A stretch of 64,000 bases of DNA from Bacillota bacterium (GCA_015059195.1 SVAW01000004.1:35440-99439), one strand, 5' to 3'; shown: positions 19,496 through 28,658, counted from the first letter of the stretch. The notes: generated by a model not told the origin, from the letters alone. Made by a program: numbers and translations.

Positions 19496-20771
19496 TAATT
19501 TTAATAATTACTTGATACATATCCTCTAAATCAAATTCTTCTGTATCAACAGTAAAACCATATTTTTCGATTGTATCTGTACAATTCCTAATAGTATTTA
19601 CCACTGTCTTCATATCTCCTGCAACAAATGTATTATTTCCTACCGGCTCAGAAACATTTTCAGCAACTGGGGCTTCAGTAGGAAGTTCTATATCATCAAA
19701 GTTGGGAATGCCGAAATTTGGAGACATAGTTATGTCTTCATCTACAATCGGAGTTGATGGAATCGAATTAAAAATACTGTTGAAATCTAAATTCAAATTA
19801 TTATTTTCTTCTTTTTCAGTAACCTCATCTTTTATTTCATCTGTAGTCGGTTCTACCTCTTCCATTAAGTTAAAGAACCTTCCTGGAATTAGTTGTTCTC
19901 CACCTTCCTGTTCTTCTGAATCAGACAATGGTGTATCAAAACTTGGAAAACTGTAATTGTCTAAAGTTGTTTCTGGTTGGTTTGTTGATTCGTCCATTAT
20001 TGGAATTGATGGAATTCCATAATTTTCAACAGACATCACTGGTTCATCCATTATCGGAGTTGATGGAATACCATAATTTTCAACAGACACAACTGTGTCT
20101 TCCTCTGGAATAATTATTGGTTCCTCAACATCTAAAATTTCTACATTGTTTACTGTAGGTTCTTCTCGTTTATCTAGCATTTTACTAATCTCCTCATCTG
20201 TTTTTCGAACTGTCAATCTTTCTTCTATTATTTTATTTAACAATTTCACTTGATCATCATAATTAGAAAGTTTTAATAAAGATCTAGCATGTCTTTCAGA
20301 AATTTTTTCATTTAGCAAGGCTTCTTGCACTTCTTCATCTAAGTTAAGTAAACGTAATTTATTGGCAACAGTAGATTGGTTTTTACCAAGTTTTTCAGCT
20401 AAATTTTCTTGTGTTAAATACCCCATATCCAAGATTTTTTTGTAAGAAATAGCCTCTTCTATTGGGGTTAAGTCTTGTCTTTGAACGTTTTCAATCAGAG
20501 CTACTTCTGCGCTATCTTTATCGTTTAAATCAGTAATAATAGCAGGAATTGTTTTTAAACCTGCTAATGTTGTTGCCTTATAACGTCTCTCACCAGCAAT
20601 TATTTCATACCTGTCTCCTACTGGTCGTACTACAATTGGTTGAATTACCCCATGTTCCTTAATTGACTCAGATAATTCATTAATAGATTCTTCATTAAAC
20701 TTTATTCTAGGTTGAAACCTATTAGGTAAAACATCATCTAAAGGAAGTTCCACCACTTTTCTATTATCCAT
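19485..20771 (-). CDS. noc: Nucleoid occlusion protein Noc (ParB family) with a large internal acidic repeat insertion
   Basis: Sits directly downstream of rsmG, as in Bacilli. ParB N-domain motifs (LPNRFQPR, GERRYKA). The HTH has Noc-type residues (GKNQSTVANKLRLL, SERHAR). The C-terminus (MKTVVNTIRNCTDTIEKYGFTVDTEEFDLEDMYQVIIKI) matches the Noc C-terminal domain. Total length is 428 aa, against about 283 aa for B. subtilis Noc. Confidence 0.85.
   Translation of the reverse strand: MDNRKVVELPLDDVLPNRFQPRIKFNEESINELSESIKEHGVIQPIVVRPVGDRYEIIAGERRYKATTLAGLKTIPAIITDLNDKDSAEVALIENVQRQDLTPIEEAISYKKILDMGYLTQENLAEKLGKNQSTVANKLRLLNLDEEVQEALLNEKISERHARSLLKLSNYDDQVKLLNKIIEERLTVRKTDEEISKMLDKREEPTVNNVEILDVEEPIIIPEEDTVVSVENYGIPSTPIMDEPVMSVENYGIPSIPIMDESTNQPETTLDNYSFPSFDTPLSDSEEQEGGEQLIPGRFFNLMEEVEPTTDEIKDEVTEKEENNNLNLDFNSIFNSIPSTPIVDEDITMSPNFGIPNFDDIELPTEAPVAENVSEPVGNNTFVAGDMKTVVNTIRNCTDTIEKYGFTVDTEEFDLEDMYQVIIKINKK
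19993..20089. repeat. Two copies of a 54-bp tandem repeat inside noc, encoding (V)ENYGIPS(T/I)PIMDE
   Basis: Units at 19993-20035 and 20047-20089 differ at 4 of 43 compared positions. Confidence 0.9.
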
Positions 20772-20798
20772 AATAATCCCCTTCCTTATTCTTTTATA

Positions 20799-20850
20799 AT
20801 TATATGATACTACGTTTTGGGAAATAATGCAAGAGTTTTTTGGGAAATAA
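20799..20850 (-). promoter_or_regulatory. Putative noc promoter containing a 13-bp direct repeat that carries the Noc-binding half-site
   Basis: Minus-strand TTGCAT (20827-20832), a 17-nt spacer, then TATCAT (20804-20809). TTATTTCCCAAAA occurs twice with 23-bp periodicity (plus-strand ttttgggaaataa at 20815-20827 and 20838-20850). One copy fills the -35/-10 spacer. Confidence 0.45.
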
Positions 20851-20857
20851 AAAAATC

Positions 20858-21562
20858 CTATAATGGATTTTTTTTAATTTCAGAATTTTTTCTTGGATAT
20901 TTCATTGGTGTTTTTCCTTGTTTTGTAAAGGAAATTAAAGACCGCTTACTTCCTTCAATAGGCAATAAAAATTCTTTGATATCTGACACTTGGGCATTAA
21001 TTTTATGTGTTGAACATTCTATAAAATTTATTTCCCGGGAAATATCTCCCTTCATAGAAATAAAATATTTGTTTTCTTTAATCATTGGTATACAATATTC
21101 CAATAAAATGTTGATTGGTGCTACAGCTCTTGCTATAACTACGTCAAAACATTCTCTATGTTCTCTAGCAAATTCCTCAGCTCTAGCATGAACTGCAGTA
21201 ATTTTTTTTAATTTTAGTTCTTTTATTACTTCTTGTAAAAATACAATTCTCTTATTTAAAGAGTCAACTAGTGTGATGTTTAGTTCAGGATAAAATATTT
21301 TTAAAACTATGCCTGGAAATCCAGCTCCAGTACCAATATCACACAGAGTTTGCTCATTATTTAAATCTATTATTTTACTCGCAGTAATCGAATCATAAAA
21401 ATGTTTTAAATATACATCTTTTTCTTCTGTTATGGCTGTTAAATTTATTTTTTCATTCCATTCTATCAACATTTGATAATACTTTTCCAATTTTGATAAT
21501 TTTTCGGCACTAATCTCAATATTTATTTTGCTAAGTTCTTCTATAAATTGTTTTTTATCCAC
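20858..21562 (-). CDS. rsmG: 16S rRNA (guanine527-N7)-methyltransferase
   Basis: SAM motif DIGTGAGFPG. Synteny mnmE-mnmG-rsmG. Confidence 0.92.
   Translation of the reverse strand: MDKKQFIEELSKINIEISAEKLSKLEKYYQMLIEWNEKINLTAITEEKDVYLKHFYDSITASKIIDLNNEQTLCDIGTGAGFPGIVLKIFYPELNITLVDSLNKRIVFLQEVIKELKLKKITAVHARAEEFAREHRECFDVVIARAVAPINILLEYCIPMIKENKYFISMKGDISREINFIECSTHKINAQVSDIKEFLLPIEGSKRSLISFTKQGKTPMKYPRKNSEIKKNPL
21029..21044. promoter_or_regulatory. Perfect Noc-binding site (NBS) palindrome TATTTCCCGGGAAATA
   Basis: Exact 16-bp palindrome, identical to the B. subtilis NBS consensus. It lies inside rsmG, about 260 bp upstream of the noc start. Confidence 0.75.
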
Positions 21563-23423
21563 GATTATACTCCTTTTTTAAATATACCATTAAAATTGAG
21601 ATGTCTGCAGGGTTTACACCACTAATTCTTAAAGCTTGTGCAATGGATGTAGGTTTTACTTCTTTCAACTTTTGTTTAGCTTCGCTAGCAATATTATGTA
21701 TTTCATCATAATTTATATCAGAAGGAATTTTTTTATTCTCTAAATTGACTAGTTTTTCGGCCTCTTTTTCAGCTTTTTTTATATATCCTTCATATTTTAT
21801 TGAAATTTCCACTTCCTCAATTATATCATTATCAAAATCAATGTTAATAAAGTTTCTAATAAAATTAATGTCTATTTCTGGGCGTTTTAGTAGATTATAA
21901 AAAGTTATTCCATCCTTTAAAATTGCACTTCCATATGAAATTAACAGATCATTAACATCTTTTGTTGGAGTTATTTTGTTATTTTGAAGTAACTCTTTTA
22001 ACTCATTAATTTTATTTTTTTTATCTACAAATTTTTGGTATCTGTCTTCATTTATTAATCCTATGCTATATCCGATTTCTCTTAATCTTAAATCAGCATT
22101 ATCATTACGAAGCAGTAACCTATATTCTGCTCGAGAAGTTAATAATCTATACGGATCTCTAATACCTTTTGTAACTAAATCATCTATTAAAACTCCAATA
22201 TAAGCCTCATTTCGCTTCAAAATTAATGGTTCTTTTCCTTCCAATTTTAAAGAGGCATTTATTCCTGCAATCAATCCTTGACAAGCTGCTTCTTCATATC
22301 CACTAGTTCCATTGATTTGTCCAGCAGTAAATAATCCTTCTATTAATTTTGTTTCAAGAGATTGTTTTAATTGAGTAGGATATATTGCATCATATTCTAT
22401 TGCATAAGCATATTTTAATATTTTAGCATGTTCTAATCCTGGTAATGAATGAACCATTTCTTCTTGAATATCATAAGGCATACTTGTTGAAAAACCTTGT
22501 AAATATATATCATCATAATAAACGCTTTCTGGTTCAAGAAATAATTGGTGTTTTTCTTTATCAGAAAATCTTACCACCTTATCCTCTATTGATGGACAAT
22601 ATCGTGGCCCAACACCCTTTATATCATCTAATCCACCATACATGCTGGATTTGTTTAAATTTTTTCTAATTATATTATGTGTTTCTTCTGTCGTGTATAT
22701 AAGGTGACAAGAAATTTGATCTTCTATATTATAGTTTGGTTTAATATCATAACTAAATGATAAATATTTATCATCCCCTTTTTCCTCTTTGGCTTTTGAA
22801 AAATCAATAGTTTTTTTATCTATTCTTTGCGGGGTACCAGTTTTTAATCTAACTATTTTAAAACCTAATTTCTCTAAATTTTCACTTAAATGCATACTTG
22901 GTTTTTCACCATGAGGTCCTTCTCTTCTTCTAGTATCTCCAACCAAAATGTCTGCTTTTAAATAGGTGCCAGTTGTTAAAATGACCGCTTCTCCAAAAAT
23001 TTCATCACCATTGTGTAACACTACACCTTTTATTTTATTGTTTTCTACTATTAGATCTTCTACCATAGACTCTAATATTTCTAAATTTTCAGTGTTTTCT
23101 AATGTTTTTAACATTTCCTTGGGATATACAACTTTATCGGCCTGAGCTCTAAGTGCTTGAACTGCCGGTCCTTTACCAGAATTTAACATTTTAATTTGAA
23201 TTTGGCCTTTATCTGCATTAATTCCCATTTCTCCACCTAGGGCATCAATTTCTCTTACGACAATACCTTTTGCGCTTCCTCCTATCGAAGGATTGCAAGG
23301 CATATCGGCTATATTTTTGATATTGCCTGTAATCAATAGAGTTTTATGTCCTTTTCTTGCTGAGGCTAAGGCTGCTTCACAACCAGCGTGTCCACCACCT
23401 ACTACAATGATTTCGTATTTCAT
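21555..23423 (-). CDS. mnmG: tRNA uridine 5-carboxymethylaminomethyl modification enzyme MnmG (GidA)
   Basis: FAD motif VVGGGHAGCEAA. Full length 622 aa. Confidence 0.95.
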   Translation of the reverse strand: MKYEIIVVGGGHAGCEAALASARKGHKTLLITGNIKNIADMPCNPSIGGSAKGIVVREIDALGGEMGINADKGQIQIKMLNSGKGPAVQALRAQADKVVYPKEMLKTLENTENLEILESMVEDLIVENNKIKGVVLHNGDEIFGEAVILTTGTYLKADILVGDTRRREGPHGEKPSMHLSENLEKLGFKIVRLKTGTPQRIDKKTIDFSKAKEEKGDDKYLSFSYDIKPNYNIEDQISCHLIYTTEETHNIIRKNLNKSSMYGGLDDIKGVGPRYCPSIEDKVVRFSDKEKHQLFLEPESVYYDDIYLQGFSTSMPYDIQEEMVHSLPGLEHAKILKYAYAIEYDAIYPTQLKQSLETKLIEGLFTAGQINGTSGYEEAACQGLIAGINASLKLEGKEPLILKRNEAYIGVLIDDLVTKGIRDPYRLLTSRAEYRLLLRNDNADLRLREIGYSIGLINEDRYQKFVDKKNKINELKELLQNNKITPTKDVNDLLISYGSAILKDGITFYNLLKRPEIDINFIRNFINIDFDNDIIEEVEISIKYEGYIKKAEKEAEKLVNLENKKIPSDINYDEIHNIASEAKQKLKEVKPTSIAQALRISGVNPADISILMVYLKKEYNRG

Positions 23424-23468
23424 AATTCACCTTCTATCTTCTTATAATATACTAATTTAACATAATAA

Positions 23469-24818
23469 TTATTTTCCAAGACAAAATTGGCTAAATAATT
23501 GATTTATTAATTCTTCTTGATATGTTTCACCTATTATTTCTCCCAGCAAATTCCACGCTTCTTTAATATCTATCTCTATCATATCTATAGAATAATTATT
23601 AAAAACTCCTTCGCGGGCAGAAAGAAGTGCAGATAGCGATTTTTTTAAAAGAGCTATACTTCTTGCATCACTTAAATAAGACAAATCAGATGTTTCTATT
23701 TTTTCAAAATTAAATAATTCCAAAATTTTATTTTTTAAATCTTCAATTCCTTTATTATCTTTTACGCTAATTTCAATATAATGTTGAAATTTGCTTTTTT
23801 CCAATTTTGTTTCTAAATCACTCTTATTAATGACAATAATATGGCTTTTAGATGATAAATTTTCAATAATATTAACATCCTCTTCTGTAAGACTATCATT
23901 ATTGTTCAACATATATAAAACTAAATCAGATTTTTCAATTAATTCCAAACTTTTTTGTACCCCTATTTTTTCCACTGTATCTTCTGTTTTTCTAATTCCC
24001 GCTGTATCTATTATATTCAATATTATCCCATTCAGATTTATTTTACCTTCTACAATATCCCTAGTTGTTCCTTCAATATCCGTTACAATAGCTTTTTCTT
24101 CCTCTAATAAACAATTTAGTAAGCTGCTTTTTCCTACATTTGGTCTACCTATTATTGAAACATTTATTCCTTCTTTAATTAATTTATTACTTTCACTTTT
24201 GCTAATGATTTCTTCCAATTTTTGAATAATGTTTTCTATTTTCGGAGTTAACATACTATTGGTTACTTGTTCTATATCCTCGTATTCTGGATAATCAATA
24301 TTAACTTCTATATTAGCCAAAATTTCCAATATATCCTGACGTAATTTTTTGATTAGATTTGATGTGCTTCCGCTTAATTGATTAATAGCTAATTCACGAG
24401 ATTTTTCTGATTTTGCATTAATTACTTCCATTATTCCTTCTGCTTCTATTAAATCAATTCTTCCATTTAAAAAAGCTCTTTTCGTAAATTCACCAGGTTC
24501 TGCTAAACGACACCCGTTTACTAATAGTAATTCTAATATCTTATTTGTTGTAGCAATTCCTCCGTGGCAATTAATCTCAACGATATCCTCCTTTGTAAAC
24601 GTTTTTGGTGCTTTCATAATAGAAACCAAAACTTCATCAATTATTTTTTCACCATCTACTATATATCCATATGTAATTGTGTGACTTGCTTTTTCCTTTA
24701 AATTATTATTTTTGAAAATCTTATTAACAATCTCTATAGCATCATTTCCACTAACTCTAATGATAGATATAGCACCAACTCCTAAAGCGGTTGATATAGC
24801 TGCAATAGTATCTTCCAT
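23469..24818 (-). CDS. mnmE: tRNA modification GTPase MnmE (TrmE/ThdF)
   Basis: G1 motif GRPNVGKSSL, DTAG, NKSD, and the C-terminal CLGK motif. Confidence 0.95.
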   Translation of the reverse strand: MEDTIAAISTALGVGAISIIRVSGNDAIEIVNKIFKNNNLKEKASHTITYGYIVDGEKIIDEVLVSIMKAPKTFTKEDIVEINCHGGIATTNKILELLLVNGCRLAEPGEFTKRAFLNGRIDLIEAEGIMEVINAKSEKSRELAINQLSGSTSNLIKKLRQDILEILANIEVNIDYPEYEDIEQVTNSMLTPKIENIIQKLEEIISKSESNKLIKEGINVSIIGRPNVGKSSLLNCLLEEEKAIVTDIEGTTRDIVEGKINLNGIILNIIDTAGIRKTEDTVEKIGVQKSLELIEKSDLVLYMLNNNDSLTEEDVNIIENLSSKSHIIVINKSDLETKLEKSKFQHYIEISVKDNKGIEDLKNKILELFNFEKIETSDLSYLSDARSIALLKKSLSALLSAREGVFNNYSIDMIEIDIKEAWNLLGEIIGETYQEELINQLFSQFCLGK

Positions 24819-24884
24819 AGTATCTCTCCTTTGCTAGGTATATTTTATTATTAAATGGATATTAAGTCAACAAAAAAGAGGATA

Positions 24885-25499
24885 TTAATCCTCCTTGTAA
24901 CTAATCACTACATATCTATTTGGACTTTCTCCATAACTTAATGATTTCAAGTTTTCAAACTTAGAAATAACATTATGAACACATCTACGATCATAAGAAT
25001 TCATAGGATCTAATTTAACTTCTATATGTGTCTTTAATACGTCTTTAGCAATTTTCTTTATTTCATATTCTAAATTTTTTTGTTTTTTGGCCTTATAATT
25101 AGAAGCATCTAAATTAATTTTAATGTTAATGTTAGTTTGATTCTTAATAGAATTTCTAATAAGTGTTTGGATAGACTCCAAAGTTCTCCCTTCTTTACCT
25201 ATAAGAATTGAGTTATTATCTGATACCAATATTATTTTTAATACATCTTCGTGAAATTTAACTTCACTTGTAATTTTACAATTTAATCCTGCTTCTATAT
25301 TTCTTATATATTCTTTTACATATTCTATGATATCTTCTTTTTTACATACTTCAGCAAAATACTTTTTTGCTTTGAATAGTTTTCCTTCTTCTTTTGTGAT
25401 TGTTAAAAATAATTCTGAATCCTCAATATTTAATTCTTCTTTAATTTTATTATTAATTTCTTCCTTACTCTTTCCCTCATAATTATATAACGTTATCAT
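24885..25499 (-). CDS. khpB: RNA-binding protein Jag/KhpB (KH + R3H domains)
   Basis: KH motif LIGKEGRTLESIQTL and an R3H-like C-terminus (YDRRCVHNVI). Located downstream of yidC. Confidence 0.85.
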   Translation of the reverse strand: MITLYNYEGKSKEEINNKIKEELNIEDSELFLTITKEEGKLFKAKKYFAEVCKKEDIIEYVKEYIRNIEAGLNCKITSEVKFHEDVLKIILVSDNNSILIGKEGRTLESIQTLIRNSIKNQTNINIKINLDASNYKAKKQKNLEYEIKKIAKDVLKTHIEVKLDPMNSYDRRCVHNVISKFENLKSLSYGESPNRYVVISYKED

Positions 25500-26424
25500 T
25501 TAATTTTCTCCTTTTCACCAATAAATTTTGTAAAATGGTAAATCCACTATTAAATATCCAGTATAATGCTATTCCTGAAGAGATTGTGAAAGAAGCTATT
25601 GAAATCATAATAACAGATATGTTGGTCATCATTTTCATTTGTTTTTCTTGCTCATTTCCCATTCCTGCAGTCGAATTAAGTTTAAATGAAAAATATGTCG
25701 CCCCTATTACTAAAATGACAAATATGATATAACCAAAGTTTCCATTTGACATTCCTGTTAGTGGGCTTGTTCCTAATTGAAAACCTAATAAGTTTTCTTC
25801 AAATAATGCAGGTAATCTATTCATTGCTTCATAAAAAGCAAAAAATAATGGAATTTGAATTAATGAGAATAAACAACCAGATAAAGGACTTATATTATAT
25901 TTTTTATAAATTATCATCATTTCTTGAGATTTTTGCATCATTGCCTCGTTATCTTGACGATTTTGATATTTTTTTTCTAATTTATCTAATTCTGGTTTTG
26001 CATTTTTAATATTTTCTGATTGCATTGCAGTTTTTTGTGTCATCGGATACATTATTAATCTTATTAACAATGTAACTATGATAACTGCTAAACCATAATT
26101 TTTTACTAGTTTTCCTATTTGAATTATAATCCAAGCTAATGGCTTAACAAATATTGTTGTCCATATTCCTTCATACCCGCCTGATGTAATTTTAAATTCA
26201 TCACATTTAGGTAATGTACTTACGTCTATATTATTCTGCTTATATAATTCCAATGTTGTTTCATCTTCTGGTTGACATAAAATATTTTCTACTAAACTCT
26301 GTCCTGTTGTTGTATTTTGGACATTTTGATTTTCGCTATTCTTTAATAGCTTAGTACATCCCGGTAAAAAAATTATCATCACAAATAATACAATTACTAA
26401 GACTTTTTTATTTTTCATTTGCAT
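25483..26424 (-). CDS. yidC: Membrane protein insertase YidC/SpoIIIJ (lipoprotein type)
   Basis: Lipobox FLPGC. Conserved TM core (…MYPMTQKTAMQSE…, …YKKYNISPLSGCL…). Confidence 0.9.
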   Translation of the reverse strand: MQMKNKKVLVIVLFVMIIFLPGCTKLLKNSENQNVQNTTTGQSLVENILCQPEDETTLELYKQNNIDVSTLPKCDEFKITSGGYEGIWTTIFVKPLAWIIIQIGKLVKNYGLAVIIVTLLIRLIMYPMTQKTAMQSENIKNAKPELDKLEKKYQNRQDNEAMMQKSQEMMIIYKKYNISPLSGCLFSLIQIPLFFAFYEAMNRLPALFEENLLGFQLGTSPLTGMSNGNFGYIIFVILVIGATYFSFKLNSTAGMGNEQEKQMKMMTNISVIMISIASFTISSGIALYWIFNSGFTILQNLLVKRRKLNDNVI

Positions 26425-26764
26425 TCTCCTTTTTTATTTTTAAATTTTCAAAGATTTTATTTAATTCTTCTTCCATGATAGCAAAAGACTTTTCTAAAAT
26501 TCCTTTCCTTACTATTATAATACAATTAATCCCTTTTTCATAGTTATTTTTATCTATAATAGCTTTTAATTGGCGCTTAATTCTATTCCGCATTACAGCA
26601 TTTCCTATTTTTTTACCAACAGATAAACCAAAATGATAAGTTGAAGCATCTGTTTTTTCTAGATATACAATATAATCTTTATATCTATATGATTTATTGT
26701 TATTTATTATTCTATTAAAATCTATATTGCTTTTTATTATATTTTGTTTTTTCATTAATAACAC
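26408..26764 (-). CDS. rnpA: Ribonuclease P protein component
   Basis: RNR motif (AVMRNRIKRQLK). Located downstream of rpmH. Confidence 0.9.
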   Translation of the reverse strand: MLLMKKQNIIKSNIDFNRIINNNKSYRYKDYIVYLEKTDASTYHFGLSVGKKIGNAVMRNRIKRQLKAIIDKNNYEKGINCIIIVRKGILEKSFAIMEEELNKIFENLKIKKENANEK

Positions 26765-26805
26765 CTCTTATAAACAAAAACCACTGAATGATCAGTGGTA
26801 TAAAA

Positions 26806-26928
26806 TTAGTGTGATAAAACTTTGCGTCCTTTTCTTCTTCTAGCATTAATCATTTTTGTTTTCATACGAGCTAAGAAACCTTGTTTTTTACTTCTTTTTC
26901 TATTATTTGGTTGAAATGTTCTTTTCAT
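26806..26928 (-). CDS. rpmH: 50S ribosomal protein L34
   Basis: [22 protein letters not shown]…. The start is set at the ATG at 26928, after AGGAGGTGGAA. The 23-codon ORF-track extension is rejected. Confidence 0.93.
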   Translation of the reverse strand: MKRTFQPNNRKRSKKQGFLARMKTKMINARRRKGRKVLSH

Positions 26929-26968
26929 TTTATTCCACCTCCTGAGACTATATTTCGTTGCTCTATCC

Positions 26969-26997
26969 ATTATATATACAAATTTAATTTTTGTCAA
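26969..26997 (-). promoter_or_regulatory. Consensus sigma-A promoter of rpmH-rnpA
   Basis: Minus-strand TTGACA (26992-26997), a 17-nt spacer, then TATAAT (26969-26974). Confidence 0.6.
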
Positions 26998-27033
26998 TAA
27001 ATTTTTTAATTAATTTAATCTCCATTATTTTCT

Positions 27034-27234
27034 TTTTCCACATGATAGTAACAATTCAAATACATATGTTTTTTGTCTTTTCAACAATAAATGTGGAAAA
27101 CTTTGTAACATGTATATTTTTCTGTGTTTTATTTTTCAACAATAAATGTGGAAAAATAAAGTTTGATGTTATTTTATATTGTTTTTGTAGTGTGGAAAAA
27201 GTGTTAATACTTATGTTTTTTTTCTTTTTCCACA
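27034..27234. other. oriC upstream module: cluster of five TTTTCCACA DnaA boxes
   Basis: Exact 9-mers at 27034-27042 (+), 27092-27100 (-), 27147-27155 (-), 27191-27199 (-) and 27226-27234 (+). A 23-bp unit TTTTCAACAATAAATGTGGAAAA is repeated at 27078-27100 and 27133-27155. Each unit pairs a one-mismatch box with a perfect box, head to head. Confidence 0.85.
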
Positions 27235-27314
27235 TTTATTATTGGTTTTTACCTTTTTTTAGTGTAAAATAATGTTAACAACTTATGTAAATCAGGTTAG
27301 TGGGGTGATTTCGT

Positions 27315-28658
27315 TTGGATATTAATACTATTTGGAATTTATTTTTAGAAAAGGTAAAAGGGGAATTAGACCCAATTTTATATGAAACTTGGTTTATGGA
27401 TACTAAATTATATGAATTAAATGATAATACTGCAAAAGTCATTGTACCGATGCAAGTACATAAAAAGCATTTAAAAGAAAATTATAATACCATTGTAGAA
27501 GAAATTTTTACTGAAATAACAGGAACAAATTTTAAATTTGAATATTTATTAGAAGATGAAATTACTAAAAATGTAACAATTGATGTTGATAAAATAGGGG
27601 TCCCTTCGTTTGAATCCAACCTAGATCCAAAATACACATTTGACAATTTCATTGTTGGAAACAGCAATAAGTTTGCTAAAGCAACATCATTAGCTGTTGC
27701 TGAACAACCTGGGTTTATGTATAATCCTTTATTTATATATGGGAGTAGTGGACTAGGAAAAACACATCTTATGCACGCTATTGGTAATTATATAGTGAAA
27801 AATAGTAAGAAGAAAGTATTATATGTAACAAGCGAAAAGTTTGTTGACGATTTTCTTAATATATATAGAAAAAACAAAGAAGACAATAACTTTGAAGCTG
27901 TGGATGGTTTTAAAAGGAAATATCGTGATATTGATGTTTTAATGATAGATGACATTCAATATTTAGAAATTGCAAGTAAAACACAACAAGAATTTTTTAA
28001 CACTTTTAATGAATTACATTGTAATAATAAACAAATTATTATCTCTTCAGATCGCTCTCCAGATGATTTAAAAAAATTAGAGGAACGATTAAGAACAAGA
28101 TTTAATTGGGGTTTAACAATAGATATTTTACCACCAGATTTTCAATTAAGAATGGCTATTATTGATAAAAAAATAGAAGCCAATGACATGAAAAATAATT
28201 TTCCACAAGATGTTAAAGAATATATCGCTAGTAATTGTACAACTGATATTAGGAAATTAGAAGGAGCAATTACCAGAGTATTTGCATATGCAACAATAAT
28301 GAATGGTTCAGATATTACAATGGAATTAGCTGTTGAAGCGCTTAAAGATTATTTTGTAAAAAGTATTATTTCAAAAAACAAGATAGAACAAGTACAACAG
28401 TTGATATGTAATCATTATAATATTTCCATAGAGGATTTGAAAAGTAAAAAAAGAATGGCTAACATATCAGTACCAAGGCAAATAGGTATGTATATATGTA
28501 GAACATGCTTAAAAGAATCATTACCTAAGATTGGATTAGAGTTTGGTGGAAAAGACCATACTACTGTAATGCATTCTGTTGATAAAATAAAAAAAGAAAT
28601 AAAAAATAATTCAGACTTAGAAAATCAAATAAATAAAATCATAAGCGAAATAAAATAG
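27315..28658 (+). CDS. dnaA: Chromosomal replication initiator protein DnaA
   Basis: TTG start after GTGGGGTGA. Walker A GSSGLGKTHL, and a C-terminal DNA-binding helix (DHTTVMHSVDKI). Confidence 0.96.
   Translation: MDINTIWNLFLEKVKGELDPILYETWFMDTKLYELNDNTAKVIVPMQVHKKHLKENYNTIVEEIFTEITGTNFKFEYLLEDEITKNVTIDVDKIGVPSFESNLDPKYTFDNFIVGNSNKFAKATSLAVAEQPGFMYNPLFIYGSSGLGKTHLMHAIGNYIVKNSKKKVLYVTSEKFVDDFLNIYRKNKEDNNFEAVDGFKRKYRDIDVLMIDDIQYLEIASKTQQEFFNTFNELHCNNKQIIISSDRSPDDLKKLEERLRTRFNWGLTIDILPPDFQLRMAIIDKKIEANDMKNNFPQDVKEYIASNCTTDIRKLEGAITRVFAYATIMNGSDITMELAVEALKDYFVKSIISKNKIEQVQQLICNHYNISIEDLKSKKRMANISVPRQIGMYICRTCLKESLPKIGLEFGGKDHTTVMHSVDKIKKEIKNNSDLENQINKIISEIK

Noticed and set aside
26991-27272. 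93-aa ORF in the track ([20 protein letters not shown]…) lying across the rpmH-dnaA spacer.
   Set aside because: It coincides exactly with the DnaA-box cluster and is F/I/L-rich because the DNA is T-rich. It has no RBS. I treat it as non-coding oriC DNA.
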